The notes under the pieces were generated by a model. It did not search any database, had not been told where the DNA came from, and was given only the letters and a program-made list of their open reading frames with translations. Below are positions 63,896 through 64,000 of a DNA stretch of 64,000 nt, piece after piece; the stretch's first letter is position 1; each line of letters begins with the position of its first letter. The stretch is from Patescibacteria group bacterium. Lineage in GTDB: Bacteria; Patescibacteriota; Minisyncoccia; Phycocordibacterales; Phycocordibacteraceae. The DNA lies in NCBI GenBank assembly GCA_019752595.1, contig JAIELV010000001.1:56486-120485 (forward strand), given 5' to 3'. Position numbers and translations under genes: made by a program.

Positions 63896-64000
63896 GTTTC
63901 AGGTGTACCGCTGTTTTGCGGTGTCAGTTTTCTTATAGGGCGCGGGAGTGTTCGCGTGTGTTGACAAAAAATAAGCATTTAATATACTTAACCATATGGT

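Noticed and set aside
1-64000. Search for tRNA, rRNA, tmRNA, RNase P or SRP RNA genes and CRISPR arrays
   Set aside because: Reading the window by eye, the intergenic spacers contain no cloverleaf-compatible tRNA sequences with GTTC-type T-loops, no rRNA-length non-coding stretch and no short-period direct repeats. None are reported.

Overview
This 64-kb chromosomal window (about 50% GC) is densely packed with information-processing genes whose products are consistently shorter than their usual orthologues: DnaE 1029 aa, RpoB 1069 aa, RpoC 1239 aa, HisS 404 aa, MetK 326 aa, TrmD 214 aa and an SMC of only 725 aa. Shine-Dalgarno sequences are rare. Several genes have a TATAAT hexamer 6 nt upstream of the start codon. 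Together this suggests a reduced-genome, CPR/Patescibacteria-like bacterium; that is inference from the sequence alone. I found no rRNA, tRNA, CRISPR array, transposase or integrase. Core genes called: dnaE, rnhB, rpmF, a NusB-Nudix fusion, rnc, a short smc, gdhA, rnr, rpsP plus a KH protein, trmD, rpoB-rpoC-dnaG-rpoD in one contiguous block, uppP, hisS, prmC, kdsB, an ABC-2 exporter, a TPP-enzyme/aldehyde-dehydrogenase pair, purF, metK preceded by a clear SAM-I riboswitch, an ECF sigma factor, a KefB-type antiporter and a cell-envelope cluster (CapA, DUF1295, DUF2177, a beta-propeller dehydrogenase). The observation I find most interesting is an island at 10.85-12.9 kb of small cysteine-motif ORFs. 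By eye these are truncated, diverged paralogues of the two-gene unit that follows trmD (18589-19903), and one 30-nt stretch is duplicated at nucleotide level. Other points of interest: two families of recurring perfect palindromes, one at convergent gene junctions and one upstream of membrane-protein genes; an RpoD with a histone-H1-like lysine-rich N-terminus; a module of two glycine-zipper small proteins followed by a RecB-family nuclease directly after rpoD; and an ECF sigma factor followed by a membrane-anchored SGNH hydrolase and a 41-aa hydrophobic ORF. All functional calls rest on motif recognition by eye, because no database search was possible.
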